Positions 51,213 through 62,528 of a stretch of DNA of 64,000 nucleotides are shown piece after piece. The position numbers were made by a program, and so were the translations under genes. The DNA is from an uncultured delta proteobacterium. Its GTDB lineage: Bacteria > Desulfobacterota > RBG-13-43-22. Position 1 is the stretch's first letter. Each line of letters begins with the position of its first letter. The notes beneath the pieces were generated by a model, which saw only the letters and a program-made list of their open reading frames with translations, was not told where the DNA came from and searched no databases. The DNA is taken from contig CAWJJC010000008.1 in NCBI GenBank assembly GCA_963843145.1, positions 29,311 through 93,310 of the forward strand. The letters are read 5' to 3'.

Positions 51213-52274
51213 TCAGCGGTTATTCTGATCCGGGAAATACCAGGTCCCCCCATGTTCGACCAAAGGGGTAGATTGTTCGTTCAAGCCGGCCGCTCCGGCA
51301 GCTTCCCGGTAATCCCTGGGTGGCAGGTCCATCGGCTCATCGGTTAAATCAAAGACCCCCCATTGTTGAGGGATAAGAACCTTAGCCCGCATCTCCAAGG
51401 TAGCTTTTATCGCTTCCCGAGGATCCATATGATAGGGTTGCATGAACCAGCGCGGTTCATAGAGCCCTACCGGCATCAGGGCCGCGTCCAGGGGGCCGAA
51501 TTTTTTGCCGAACTCCCGGTAACCGGAAAAATAACCCGAATCTCCGGCAAAAAAAACCTTTCGCCCGCCTCCCTCTACCAGCCAAGACCCCCAGAGGCGT
51601 TGATTGGTATCGAAAAGCGACCGCTTGGTCCAATGCTGGGCCGGAAGCAGTCGGTAGGTAATACCCTGGAAGGTATAGGTTTCAAACCAGTCCAGTTCCA
51701 CTACCCGAGCCCCGGGGACCACGGATTCAAACCAATCCTTATAGCCGAGCGGGGTCAAATACAGGGGCGCGGTGCCCAGTCGGCGAATACTGTCCTCATT
51801 CAGGTGATCAAAGTGGCCGTGCGAAATTAGGACCACCTGGAAGTCGGGGAGTTCCTCCAAAGGAATCGGAAAGGGCGCGTGCCGCTTGACAAAAAAAACG
51901 ATATCCCCGAAAACCGGGTCGGTTATAATATTCTGGCCCTTCAGCCGGATCCAGAGGGTGGCGTGACCGAGATAGGTGATGGAATCCCCGTGGCTTTGAA
52001 TTTTCTTGACATTGGTCGGGATACTGGGAAACTGGATGGGTTTCTTTTTCTCCTTGGCATACGGGTTGGAGCCCAATTTCCACCGCAGGAAACGCCATAC
52101 CCCCCCGGGTTGATTTTGGGGTAGCCAGGGGTTGAAAAATCCGGTCTTCCGATGATGGGCCTTTTTCTTCGCCAGGCTTTCGTAGTCGGGTTCCTCGGAT
52201 TTGTTTTGAGGAAAGACCGATAGCGGATTGATCAGAAATACCAATAGAACCAAGAGGCTTATTTTGAAACCCAT
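51213..52274 (-). CDS. MBL-fold metallo-hydrolase, NAPE-PLD/RomA-like
   Basis: ISHGHFDHL, PAQHW, FAGDSGY and YEPRWFM..H motifs. Confidence 0.9.
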   Translation of the reverse strand: MGFKISLLVLLVFLINPLSVFPQNKSEEPDYESLAKKKAHHRKTGFFNPWLPQNQPGGVWRFLRWKLGSNPYAKEKKKPIQFPSIPTNVKKIQSHGDSITYLGHATLWIRLKGQNIITDPVFGDIVFFVKRHAPFPIPLEELPDFQVVLISHGHFDHLNEDSIRRLGTAPLYLTPLGYKDWFESVVPGARVVELDWFETYTFQGITYRLLPAQHWTKRSLFDTNQRLWGSWLVEGGGRKVFFAGDSGYFSGYREFGKKFGPLDAALMPVGLYEPRWFMQPYHMDPREAIKATLEMRAKVLIPQQWGVFDLTDEPMDLPPRDYREAAGAAGLNEQSTPLVEHGGTWYFPDQNNR

Positions 52275-52473
52275 GGGCTGTCCTCACTGTCTTCAGGCGG
52301 CTGACTCCTCGCTTTCCTATTACTATGAGAAAGATGCCTTTGATTTTCAAGCCCTAATTCCCCAAAATCGCGTAAATCTTCCTGCCCGGGGCGGACACCC
52401 ACGAAGGATGAAATATTTCAATATTCGAAATTCGATTTTATTTTCATACTGAACCGAAGGACAGAAAAAACCA

Positions 52474-52970
52474 ATGCAACTACCTCCCGAACATGAAATG
52501 TTGGAAATAGTGGATGAAAATAACCGGGTCACCGGGATCCGCGACCGGGCGGAGATTCACCGGCAAGGGCTTTGGCACCGTTCGGTGCATATTTTCATTT
52601 TTAATTCTCAGAGGGGAAATCTACCTGCAGAAACGATCCCCCCGAAAAGACCAATACCCGGAACATTGGGATTCTTCGGCCGCCGGCCATCTGATCCCCG
52701 GGGAGAGCCCGGAAATCGCCGCCCATCGGGAACTGGAGTGAGGAACTGGGGATTGATACCGAATTAACCGAGGTCTACCGGCATCCGGCCTGTCAAGAAA
52801 CCGGTTGGGAGTTTGTGACCCTTTTTGTCGGCCGGACCGACGAAACCATCCGCCTGAACCTGGATGAGGCCACGGAAGGGAGATTCTTTACCGCGCCCCA
52901 GTTAAAGGATCTCCTTGAGGATCCAGATCAAAAAGTGGCGCCTGGTTTCCTCCTGTTGCATCGAGTGACC
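52474..52970 (+). CDS. NUDIX hydrolase (Idi/YfcD-like), frameshifted; C-terminus runs into a VapB remnant
   Basis: HRQGLWHRSVHIF, LQKRS..KD.YP..WD..AAGH and GESPEIAAHRELE.ELG motifs. Confidence 0.8.
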
Positions 52971-53135
52971 GCAAATCTGCGGAGAGCCTCCTTCAAAGGC
53001 GGGGGGTTGCAGCCCCCCTTGGAAGGGGCGTCATGGGAGCGCATTCGCGATATGAGCTACGAGAGCCGGGGAGGATGATCGCTGTCGAGACGAATATCCT
53101 GGTCTATGCCGACCGGGCAGACTCCCCCTGGCTGG
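52971..53135 (+). pseudogene. VapB C-terminus and VapC (PIN) N-terminus remnant
   Basis: ASFKGGGLQP..WERIRDMSYESRGG* with ATGA overlap into MIAVETNILVYADRADSPW. Confidence 0.7.
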
Positions 53136-53199
53136 AATCACCGGAACTCGTATTGCTCAGTGAATTCGAGCATTATTGGACGGCACTGAAACCAACCCT

Positions 53200-53643
53200 T
53201 TAGGACCCAACATGCACCGGCTCCTTCCGAATGAAAAAGACCGGCGCGAAGAAATCGTTCACAATTCCCTTTCGGCTGTGGGGTTGTGGAAAACCTTAAA
53301 AGACCGTCTGGCTCAATCGGCCCTCTCGCTGACCCTGGAACAGCAGCAGCGCCTTTGCATGGCCCGGATCCTGGCCCTGGAGTCCCGCATCGTTTTAATG
53401 GACGAACCCTGCTCGGCCCTGGACCCCATGGCCACAGAAAAAATAGAGAGCCTGATGCTGGAGCTCAAGGAAAAGTACATCATCGTTATCGTCACCCACA
53501 ATATGCAACAGGCCGCCCGCATCTCCGACGAATCCGGGTTTATGCTCCTGGGCGAACTGATCGAGTTCGGGACCACCGGCCAGATCTTCACCAAGCCCCG
53601 GGATGAAAGAACAAATGATTATATTACCGGGAGATATGGATAA
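53200..53643 (+). pseudogene. pstB: 3' half of a PstB-like ATPase with atypical signature LTLEQQQR
   Basis: [21 protein letters not shown] and TNDYITGRYG; Walker A missing. Confidence 0.8.
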
Positions 53644-53703
53644 CAAAATGAGGCCTCCCAACCAAAAGGGCGAACAACCATAAATATCAACCGGCGATCA
53701 ATT

Positions 53704-54355
53704 TTATTTTTGTTGCTGGTGTTTGACCACTTTCCCCTCGATCATATAAATCACATGTTCGGAGATATTGGTGGCAAGATCGGCGGTCCGTTCCAAATTG
53801 TGGGCGATTTTCAAGAGGTGAAGGCCCTCTCGATCGTCTTCGGATCGGCAATCATGTAGGTGATCAGTTCTCGCAAAATCTGGGAGGCCAAACCGTCCAC
53901 AATATTGTCCCGTTCGCAGACACTGACCGCCAGGTCCGGATCTTCATGGACAAAGGCGTTGACGGCGTCTCGCAGCATGCCGATAGTCGCCTCGGCCATC
54001 CTGGGCAGATCCAGCAAAGGTTTGACCAAAGGTTGGGTGATAAGAAAAAGGCCGTTTTCGGCGCTATTGGCGGCATGATCGGCAATCCTTTCCAGGTCAT
54101 TGTTGATTTTCAGACTCATCAAGATGGTCCGCAATTCCTTGGCCTTGGGACTGAATTGGGCGATCATCGTCGTACAGAGGTCATCGATCAGGATTTCCGT
54201 CTCATTGGCCTTTTTTTCACTTTTTTCGATGACCTGAAGGAGCAAATCCCGGTCATTTCTTAACAGCCCGCCGATGCTGTCGTCGATCATTTTTTCCACC
54301 AGGAGGGCATATCCGATCAAGGTCTTCCTGAGCTCGGCAATTTTTTTTCCAACAT
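53704..54355 (-). CDS. phoU: Phosphate signalling protein PhoU (two frameshifts)
   Basis: DLERIADHAAN and HNLERTADLATNISE motifs; one A missing in a poly-A run after the ATG. Confidence 0.9.
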
Positions 54356-54367
54356 AGCTTCCCCCGA

Positions 54368-55134
54368 TCAACCGAATTTCCCGGTTAAATATTCTTCCGT
54401 TCTCTTGTCTTTGGGAACGGTAAACATCGTTTTCGTCAACCATATTCAATTAATTCTCCAAGGTAGATAAAAGCCGTATAATCGGAAACCCGTGCGGCCT
54501 GGGCGATATTGTGGGTGACTAGGAGCATGGTGACGGTTTCTTTCAGGTCGGCGATCAATTCCTCGATATGAGAGGTGGATTTCGGGTCCAGAGCGGAAGT
54601 CGGCTCATCCAATAAAAGGATTTCAGGATTCATGGCCAGGGCCCGGGCGATGCAAAGCCTTTGTTGCTGGCCTCCGGACAAAAAGGTCCCCTTTCGGTGC
54701 AGGGAATCCTTGACCTCGTTCCATAAGGCGGCCGCTTGGAGGGACCGTTCCACGATTTCTTCGGTTTCCTTTCGGAAAGACGGATCCCGTTCAGTTTATA
54801 GCCGGCGATGACATTATCATAAATGCTCATGGTCGGAAAGGGATTCGGTTTTTGGAAGACCATGCCGACTTTTCTTCGGAGCACGATCGGTTCCATGGCG
54901 TAGATATCTTTATTCCGCAAGTAGATCTTTCCGTCGATGGTGGCGCCGGGAATCAGCTCATGCATCCGGTTGATGCAGCGGATGATGGTGGTTTTGCCGC
55001 AACCCGAAGGACCCATAAGGGCGGTGACGCTATTGTCGACGATAGAAAGGATTGACGTCTTTCAGTACCCGGTTTTCTCCATAGCCGGCGGAGAAATTTT
55101 CAATTTTTAAGACATTTACAACTGGATCTTCCAT
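54368..55134 (-). CDS. pstB: Second PstB (frameshifts)
   Basis: [24 protein letters not shown] and [10 protein letters not shown] motifs. Confidence 0.88.
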
Positions 55135-55964
55135 CTTTTTGATACTCTCCGGGCGATAAGATTAAACATCAGGACCAGACCCACCAGGATAAAAGAGGCC
55201 CCCCAGGCAAAATTGGTGAAATTCCGGATAGGGGCTGGTGGCATAATAAAAAATGAGATGGGGCAAAGACTCCATGGGTTTAAAAAGATTCCAATTTAAA
55301 AAGGGATTGCCGAAAGAGGTAAAAAGCAAAGGGGCGGTTTCCCCGGTGATCCGGGCGATACTTAATAAGATGCCGGTCACTATGCCGCTCATCCCCGCCG
55401 GTAAAATGACTTTTAAAATGGTCCTTATGATAAGGCACCCCCAGGGCCAGGGCGGCCTCCTTCAGATGATAGGGGATGAGCTTCAAGGTCTCTTCGGTGG
55501 ACTTGATGATCACCGGGATCATCATCATACTCAGGGCGATGCCCCCGGAAAACAACGGAGAAGCTCCTCAGGGGCCGACGATCCAGGTATAGGCGATGAT
55601 GCCGATGACGATCGACGGCGTGCCTTGCAGGATTTCAACACACACCTTCACTGTCCGGGAGAGGCGCCCTCCCTTTTTTCCGACAGGTAGATTCCCGCGG
55701 CTATTCCAACCGGCACGGAGAAGAGACTGGAGAGTAAAATAAGAAAGAAGGTGCCCACAATGGCGTTAAAAACCCCGCCCCCTATTTCCCCCATGGGCCG
55801 GGGGACTTGGGTGAGGAAGGCCCAATTGATGGAAGATATCCCGTTCTTCCCGATATAGAACAGGATCAGGAGCATGGGCGAGATGGAAAGAAAGGAGAGG
55901 AGGCACGATAAGCCACTTAAAGAATGGTATTTTTAAAAATGCGCCAGGTCGTATTCGATTCCAT
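55116..55964 (-). CDS. pstA: Second PstA (frameshifts)
   Basis: GGVFNAIVGT, EAALALG and RITGETAPLLFT motifs. Confidence 0.85.
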
Positions 55965-56645
55965 CAGGTGACTTCTCTTTCCGCCGCGATGCTGAATTTC
56001 TTGATGATGTAGGTCCCGATGAGATTGACCACCATGGTGACCAGAAACAGCACCAGGGCGATATTGATCAACGAGGCGACATAAACGGTCGTGGTGGCTT
56101 CGGTAAATTCATTGGCGATGACGCTGGCCATGGTATTGGCCGGATCGAAAATGCTATGAGGGATGCTATTCCGGTTGCCGATCAGCATGGTTACCGCCAT
56201 GGTTTCTCCCAGGGCCCTTCCCAGGGAAAGCAAAACACCGGCGATGATCCCCGAGCGGGCATAGGGCAGGACGATTTTTTTGACGACCTCATACCGGGTG
56301 GCCCCGAGGGAAAAGGCGGCCTCTTTGAGATCGGCCGGGGCCAGGGAAATGACCTCCCGGCCGATGGAGGCCGCATAAGGGATGACCATAATGGCCAGGA
56401 TCAGCGAGGAAGAGAAAATACCGACCCCTTCCCCGGGCACGCCCATTTTCATTTGCATTTCCCGGACGATCGGGACTGAGAATGAACAACCCCCACAGAC
56501 CATAAATAACCGAAGGGATACCGGCCAGGACCTCGATGGAGCTTTTCAGAAAGGAGGAGAGGGCCCCTTCCTTAAAATACTCCCCAAGAAAAACAGAGAT
56601 GGCCACGGAGAAAGGGATCGAGATGAGCAGGGCCAGAAAAGATCG
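55964..56645 (-). pseudogene. pstC: Second PstC, 5' part missing at the sequence junction
   Basis: LAGIPSVIYGLWG, GRALGETMAV and IANEFTEA motifs. Confidence 0.85.
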
Positions 56646-56647
56646 TC

Positions 56648-56983
56648 CGAGACACACGCTTGTGCCGCACCGTCCTTGACCAGGTTGATGGCGACGCGCA
56701 TCGACGAGTCCTTTTTGCGACGCAATGCGTCGGCGGGCGGCTCGTGCATCTCGACCACTTCGCTCGCCGCCTGCACGGTGACGCGGTCGATGGCCCGGGT
56801 CCGGCTCGCAGCCAGCGCCTGGCGCACTTCGTTCTCGCGGCCGACCAGGATCACTTTTGCGCTGGGCGTCTTAGCGAGAAACGCCAGCGCTGCGGCGACC
56901 GTCACCCGCGGCCCATGGTCGCCGCCCATGGTGTCGATAGCAACCGTGATTACGTCGGGGGCGGCGTCGGGCGGCGCCGCCAT
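56648..56983 (-). pseudogene. plsX: PlsX N-terminal third, cut at the junction
   Basis: [24 protein letters not shown] and AQACVS; the expected AGNTG is absent. Confidence 0.9.
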
Positions 56984-57095
56984 TCGCGCGTGAGCTGCGC
57001 CCTTGACGGCGAAGGGTCCCGCCCGCGTGCCGTGCCGGTCCGCTCGGGTCGCGCTTCCTCTCATCGTAGTGCCGGACCCGGGACGCGTGGGCCGC

Positions 57096-57278
57096 TTATT
57101 CGTCGGCTTTGGTCTTGACTACTTTTTTGCCGCGATAGTAGCCGCTCGGGCTGATGTGGTGGCGAAGGTGGACCTCGCCGCTGACCGGTTCGACCGCGAG
57201 CGGTGGCTTCGGAAGAAAATCGTGGGCGCGATGCATGCCGCGCTTCGACGGTGACTTCTTGTTCTGCTGGACAGCCAT
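57096..57278 (-). CDS. rpmF: 50S ribosomal protein L32
   Basis: [20 protein letters not shown]...[13 protein letters not shown] (betaproteobacterial type). Confidence 0.97.
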   Translation of the reverse strand: MAVQQNKKSPSKRGMHRAHDFLPKPPLAVEPVSGEVHLRHHISPSGYYRGKKVVKTKADE

Positions 57279-57364
57279 TGCCTTTGACTCCTCAAAGATT
57301 CGGTCGGTACAAAGAGACAGTTTTCCGCCTGTTCGAAATTGCTGCAAGCGCCCGCCGGCGTTGC

Positions 57365-57928
57365 TCAATCCGGATTGCGGCCCTTCAGCGCCGCCAATCC
57401 GGCGAATGGCGAGAGCTTGCTGTCGTCTGCCATCGCACGGCGCGCCGCTGCGCATTCTTCCTCGCCGTGGCGCGGCGATAACGGAAGCGACAACAAAAGC
57501 TCGTCCTCGACCAGGTTGCGCGGATCGAGCGTTGTGTTCGCCAGCACAACCTCGGGCTCTTCCACATCCAGACGCGCCAGCTCGGCTTCGTCGCGCGCGA
57601 GCAGCAAGTCCGTCGCTTGCGCGACCGGTGCCACGAACGGTTGCAGGCAGCGCTGGCATACCAGCGGGACCGCGCCGTCGAGCCGCACCGTCAACGAAGG
57701 CCGCCCTGCCGCGTCGCGGCCGCCGGTGATCCGCCACGCGATCGGCGCCGCATCGGCACCTACCGCCAGTTGATCGGCAACCCGAGGCAGTGTCCCCGCA
57801 TCGAGCTCCCCCGCCAGCTTGCCGCCTTCAGCGGACAATTCAAAGGCGTCGAAGCGCCCGTGCGCGCATGCGTCAGTCGTCCGAATCGCCATCCGGGTTG
57901 GTCCTGGGTTGGCCTTTTTGGCCGGCAA
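57365..57928 (-). CDS. yceD: DUF177/YceD family protein
   Basis: [18 protein letters not shown] and SPFAGL motifs; upstream of rpmF. Confidence 0.9.
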   Translation of the reverse strand: MPAKKANPGPTRMAIRTTDACAHGRFDAFELSAEGGKLAGELDAGTLPRVADQLAVGADAAPIAWRITGGRDAAGRPSLTVRLDGAVPLVCQRCLQPFVAPVAQATDLLLARDEAELARLDVEEPEVVLANTTLDPRNLVEDELLLSLPLSPRHGEEECAAARRAMADDSKLSPFAGLAALKGRNPD

Positions 57929-58018
57929 ACATCACGTCCGGCGACAAAGCCGGCGGCGATGCATGGCCCGGCCGCTACAGGCAGGACAAACGTTGCATAA
58001 TAGCCGGCTTGGCCTCGA

Positions 58019-58639
58019 GTGTCAAAGAAAACTGTGAAAACAACAACTTCGCCTCGCCCCGCGCGTCCGCTGGTGCTCGCATCGGCCTCGCCGTATCGCA
58101 AGGCACTACTCGAACGGCTGGGCATCCCATTCTCGGTTGCCGTGCCAGCCATCGACGAGTCGCCGAATCCGGACGAGGCGCCGGCCGACACCGCCGTTCG
58201 GCTGGCGGAGGCCAAGGCACACGCCGTGGCGAGCGCCCATCCGGACGCGTTGATCGTCGGTTCCGACCAGGTCGCCGATTTTCAGGGCAGCGCCATCGGC
58301 AAGCCGCGCGACGCCGCCGAGGCGCTGGAGCAGCTGCGGGCGATGCAAGGACACACGATCGTCTTTCATACCGGCTTGGCTCTCCTAGATGCGCGCAGCG
58401 GGCGTTGTCGCCGGGCGCTGGTCGACGTCGCCAGCACCTTTCGCCAGCTGGGCGATGCGGCGCTCCAAGATTATCTCGCGCGCGACCAGCCGTACGATTG
58501 CGCCGGATCGGTCAGGGTCGAAGCGCTTGGCATCGCGCTGTTCACGCGCGTCGCCAGCGATGATCCGACGGCATTGATCGGCCTGCCGCTTATCCGGCTG
58601 ACCGATATGCTGATCGCCGAGGGCCTGCAGCCGTTGTGA
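58019..58639 (+). CDS. maf: Maf/YceF family nucleotide pyrophosphatase
   Basis: LVLASASPYR, GSDQV, PYDCAGS and ALIGLPL motifs. Confidence 0.92.
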   Translation: MSKKTVKTTTSPRPARPLVLASASPYRKALLERLGIPFSVAVPAIDESPNPDEAPADTAVRLAEAKAHAVASAHPDALIVGSDQVADFQGSAIGKPRDAAEALEQLRAMQGHTIVFHTGLALLDARSGRCRRALVDVASTFRQLGDAALQDYLARDQPYDCAGSVRVEALGIALFTRVASDDPTALIGLPLIRLTDMLIAEGLQPL

Positions 58640-59364
58640 AGACCCAGCGCGACGCGACCGGGAGGCTGTACCTGCTGCCGAACCTGCTCGGTGCGATCGA
58701 GCCGTCGTCGGTGCTGCCGGCGGATACGATCGCGATCGCGCGGCGGCTTCGACATTTCGTCGCCGAGACACCCAAGACTGCACGGGCCTTCGTGAAATCG
58801 CTGCCGTCCGACCATGCGTTGCAGCAGATCGGCTTCGCCGAACTGAACGAGCACACGCCGGCGAACGAGGTGGCGGCGCTGCTTGCGCCAGCGCTGGCGG
58901 GCGAAGATCTGGCGCTGATTTCGGATGCCGGTTGCCCCGGCGTTGCCGATCCCGGCGCACCGCTCGTCGCCGCGGCGCATCGTGCCGGCATTCGCGTCGT
59001 GCCACTGGTCGGGCCGTCGGCCCTCTTGCTCGCGCTAATGGCTTCCGGGATGAACGGCCAGAGCTTCGCCTTCCACGGCTACCTTCCCGTCCGGCCAGAA
59101 GCGCGCGCCAAGGCTTTGCGTGCGCTCGACGATGCTGCGATACGCACCGGCGCCACGCAACTCTTTATCGAGACGCCCTATCGCAATGAGGCGATGGTTG
59201 CGGCAGCGCTGGCGGTTTGCCGTCCGCAGACCCGTTTCTGCGTCGCCGCCGATCTGACGCTGGCGAGCGAACAGATCGTCAGCCGCACGGTGGAACAATG
59301 GCGCGCGGCGCCGTGTTTGCATCTTTCCGGCAGGCCCGCGATGTTCCTGCTGGGCAAGGACTGA
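58636..59364 (+). CDS. RsmI-like SAM-dependent (tetrapyrrole-family) methyltransferase
   Basis: SDAGCPGVADPG, LVGPS and FIETPYRN motifs. Confidence 0.9.
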   Translation: MKTQRDATGRLYLLPNLLGAIEPSSVLPADTIAIARRLRHFVAETPKTARAFVKSLPSDHALQQIGFAELNEHTPANEVAALLAPALAGEDLALISDAGCPGVADPGAPLVAAAHRAGIRVVPLVGPSALLLALMASGMNGQSFAFHGYLPVRPEARAKALRALDDAAIRTGATQLFIETPYRNEAMVAAALAVCRPQTRFCVAADLTLASEQIVSRTVEQWRAAPCLHLSGRPAMFLLGKD

Positions 59365-59427
59365 CGCTCGGCAAAACGCGGGGCCCGACCCGGCTCGCAT
59401 CGCGGCCCTCACGCTCGCGCCGAGCAG

Positions 59428-59873
59428 TTACTGCTCGTCCGCGTCGGGCCAGTTCTTGATGTAGCTCTTTAGCATGCGGTTTTCGAAGCTCTGCTCTTCG
59501 TAGACCGCCTTGGCGACATCGTGAAACGAAACAACGCCCAGCAGCGTCGGGCCGTCGATGACCGGCACATAGCGCGCGTGGCGCTCGAGCATCGCCCGGC
59601 GTAGCTCCATCACGTCGAGTGCGGTGGTCGCGGTCAGCGGGTCGTTCACCTGGATCTCGTTGACCCTGAGGTCGCCGAGCTCCCCTGCCGCATCGACAAC
59701 GCCTGCAGCACTTCGGCAAAGGTCAGCATGCCCACCATCCGTCCATGGTCCATCACGACCAGCGAGCCGATGTCGTGATGCGCCATGACCTTGACTGCTT
59801 CGAGCACCGAACCCTCGGGCGCCGTCGTGAACAGCGCGTTCCCTTTGATCCGCAAGATTTCGCTGACCAGCAT
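59428..59873 (-). CDS. CBS-domain protein (frameshift)
   Basis: Split ORFs 59646..59942 and 59428..59649 form one CBS pair. Confidence 0.85.
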
Positions 59874-60134
59874 CGGGCTCCTCCCTTTCGTGCCGGGTCT
59901 CCTTCGCACCGGCATCTCAAGATCGAGGTTACTCCCGCGCACCGGCGGCCCGCAACGGTTCGCGTGCCGGATTACCGGTTTTTCATGGTGCCTCGCCGCT
60001 GGCGACCGGCAACGGGCGAGCCCGGCCCGGCCACGCCGGATTTTGCTTGCTCTACGCCCGCATTGGAGTGCAAGATTGCATCCCGGTCCGAAAGAGGCCG
60101 ATAAGGAACTTCCGTTACCAGCTAGGAGGAGCAG

Positions 60135-61280
60135 ATGAATGATCGCAATGACAGCCCGGCTGTCACCAAGCCTGTCCAGCCGGCCCGCCGGCGCCTGCTG
60201 AAGGCGGCGGGTATCGCCGCCGGCGGCGCCGCATTGTCGGCGCGCCTTTCATCCGCAATGCCGCCGCCGCCGAAACGACGACCTGGAAGGTCCAGACGTC
60301 GTGGCCCGCGGGCGTCGGCCTGCAGACATTCAAGACCTGGGCCGGCACGATCAAGGAGAAGACCGGCGGCGAGCTCGAGATCAAGCCGTTCGCCGCCAAG
60401 GAAGTGGTCGGCGATTTCGAGCTTGCTCGACGGCGTCAAGAACGGCGTGCTCGAAGCGATGAATTCGTTCACCGTGTACTGGGCGGCAAGATGCCGGCGA
60501 CGGCCTTCCTTTCAGTCGTACCTGATGGGTCTGCGCTACCCGCACGAGTGGGACATCTTCTTCTACAGCAAGGGCGGCCTCCAGGCGGCGCGCGAGATCT
60601 TCGCCAAGCAGGGTCTCTACTACGTCGAACCGCATCCACCACGGCCCGAACATCATCCACTCGAAGAAGCCGATCCGCACCGATCGAGGATTTCAAGGGA
60701 TTGAAGCTGCGCGTCCCCGGCGGCATGATCGCCGAAGGCTTCGCGGCGATCGGGCGCGACGCACGACGCTGCTGCCCGGCGGCGAAGTGTTCTCCGCGCT
60801 CGAAAAGGGCACGGTCGACGCGGCCGACTACACCGGTCCGGCCGTCAACTGGGACTTGGGGTTCCAGCAGGTCACGAAGTACATCTGGACCGGCCCGCCT
60901 GGCCTGGAGTCGATCTATCAGCCGGTCGACCTGATGGACTTCGTCGTGCGCATGGACGTCTGGAACAAGCTCTCGCCGAAGATGAAGGTCTGGCTCGATG
61001 ACGAGATCCAGGTGTATTCGAACATCCACTTTCGCGGCGATCCAGAAGGCCGACATGGAGGCCTGGCCGCAAGTTCGAGAAGGCGGGCACGCAGATCAAC
61101 CGGCTGCCCGCCGAGGACCTGCCGAAATTCCAGCGCGTCGCCGTGCCGATCTGGTTCAAATGGGCGAACAAGGACAAGGATGCGGCGCGGCTGTTCAAGC
61201 TGCAGCTCGACATCATGGAGTCGCCGACGGTCGGCTACGTCACGCCGGACATGTACAAGGGACTCAAGCTCGACGTGTGA
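60135..61280 (+). CDS. dctP: TRAP transporter substrate-binding protein, TakP-like, with Tat signal (frameshifts)
   Basis: RRRLLK; WKVQTSW, KTGGELEI, FKGLKLRVPGG and ALEKGTVDAAD motifs across frames. Confidence 0.88.
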
Positions 61281-61382
61281 GGTCGACGCCGTCCGGCGTC
61301 GCAACCGGCCGTGCGTTACGCACCGCGTGCGGCGCGCCGCGGAGCGGCCGCCGTTTGCGTTTACTGCTTGGCATCTGCGTCC

Positions 61383-62526
61383 ATGCCCCAACTCGAATTT
61401 CATCCTGCCGCACTGGCTCTACTGGGCCGGGCTTATTGCTGTTCCCGCTGATCGCGATGTACCTCGTCGCGCGACAGCGCCGCGCGCCGACGGCGGCCGG
61501 GCCCTTCGCTCTTCATCGCCTATCTGTTCTGGCTACTGCCGGGTTTCTCGGCATCGCATCGCTTCTATCTGCGCAGCGCCTGGGGCTTCTGTCTTCATCC
61601 CGGTGTTCCTCGCGATCCTGTATGCGAATCGCTCAGGCGCGCGACGTCCGCGACGACGATGTCGCGCACTTTCGCCGCGCTGCAGCAGGCGCAGAGCCGT
61701 GGCGATACCAGCGCGAGCCCCAGGCCGCCGACGCGCCGCCCGAAGCCGTGACCGCCTATGCGCCAGCAGCGAAGCCGAACTCGAAGCGGCCAAGCGCGAG
61801 TACGGGACGGCGAAGGAGATCTACGATCGCTCGCAAACTGCATGGCCGCTGGACTGGCGATACTGCTGGGCGTGATGCTGCTGATCGACGCCGCGCTGCT
61901 GCCGGCGCTCGTGCGCCGGCGGCGCGCGTTGGAGTTGGCGCATCCCGACGCCGGAGATCGCGCACGCGGAGCGCGCCCGCATGTCGCCGACCATCGGCAC
62001 CGGCGAGGATCCGACGATGCGCATCCATACGCGCTTCACCGACGTCGATCGAATGGGTGAACGTGCAAGGTCGGCGAGTACGTCGCGTACTGGGCCGTGA
62101 TCGCGGTGTTCGTCTACTACTACGAGGTGATGGCGCGCTATGTCTTCAACTCGCCGACCAACTGGGTGCACGAGAGCATGTTCCTGATGTTCGGCATGCA
62201 GTACATGCTGTCCGGCGCGTTCGCGTACAAGGAGGACCAGCACGTGCGCGTCGACGTCCTCTATGCGAAGCTGTCCACGCGCGGCAAGGCGATCGGCGAC
62301 ATCGTCACGTCGGTGTTCTTCTTCATCTTCATCGGCACGATGCTCTGGACCGGCGGTCGCTTCGCGCTGGACGCGATCGCGTCGACGAGCACTCGTTCAC
62401 CGAATGGGGCATCCAGTACTGGCCGGTCAAGCTCGCCATTCCCGTCGGCGCCGCGCTGATGCTGCTGCAGGGCATCTGCCAAGCTGCTCAAGGACATCGT
62501 TATCGTCATGCAGGCGGGGGGCTTGA
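61383..62526 (+). CDS. dctQ: TRAP small permease with long N-terminal extension (frameshifts)
   Basis: YEVMARYVFNSPTNWVHE and HVRVDVLY motifs. Confidence 0.8.
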
Positions 62527-62528
62527 GC

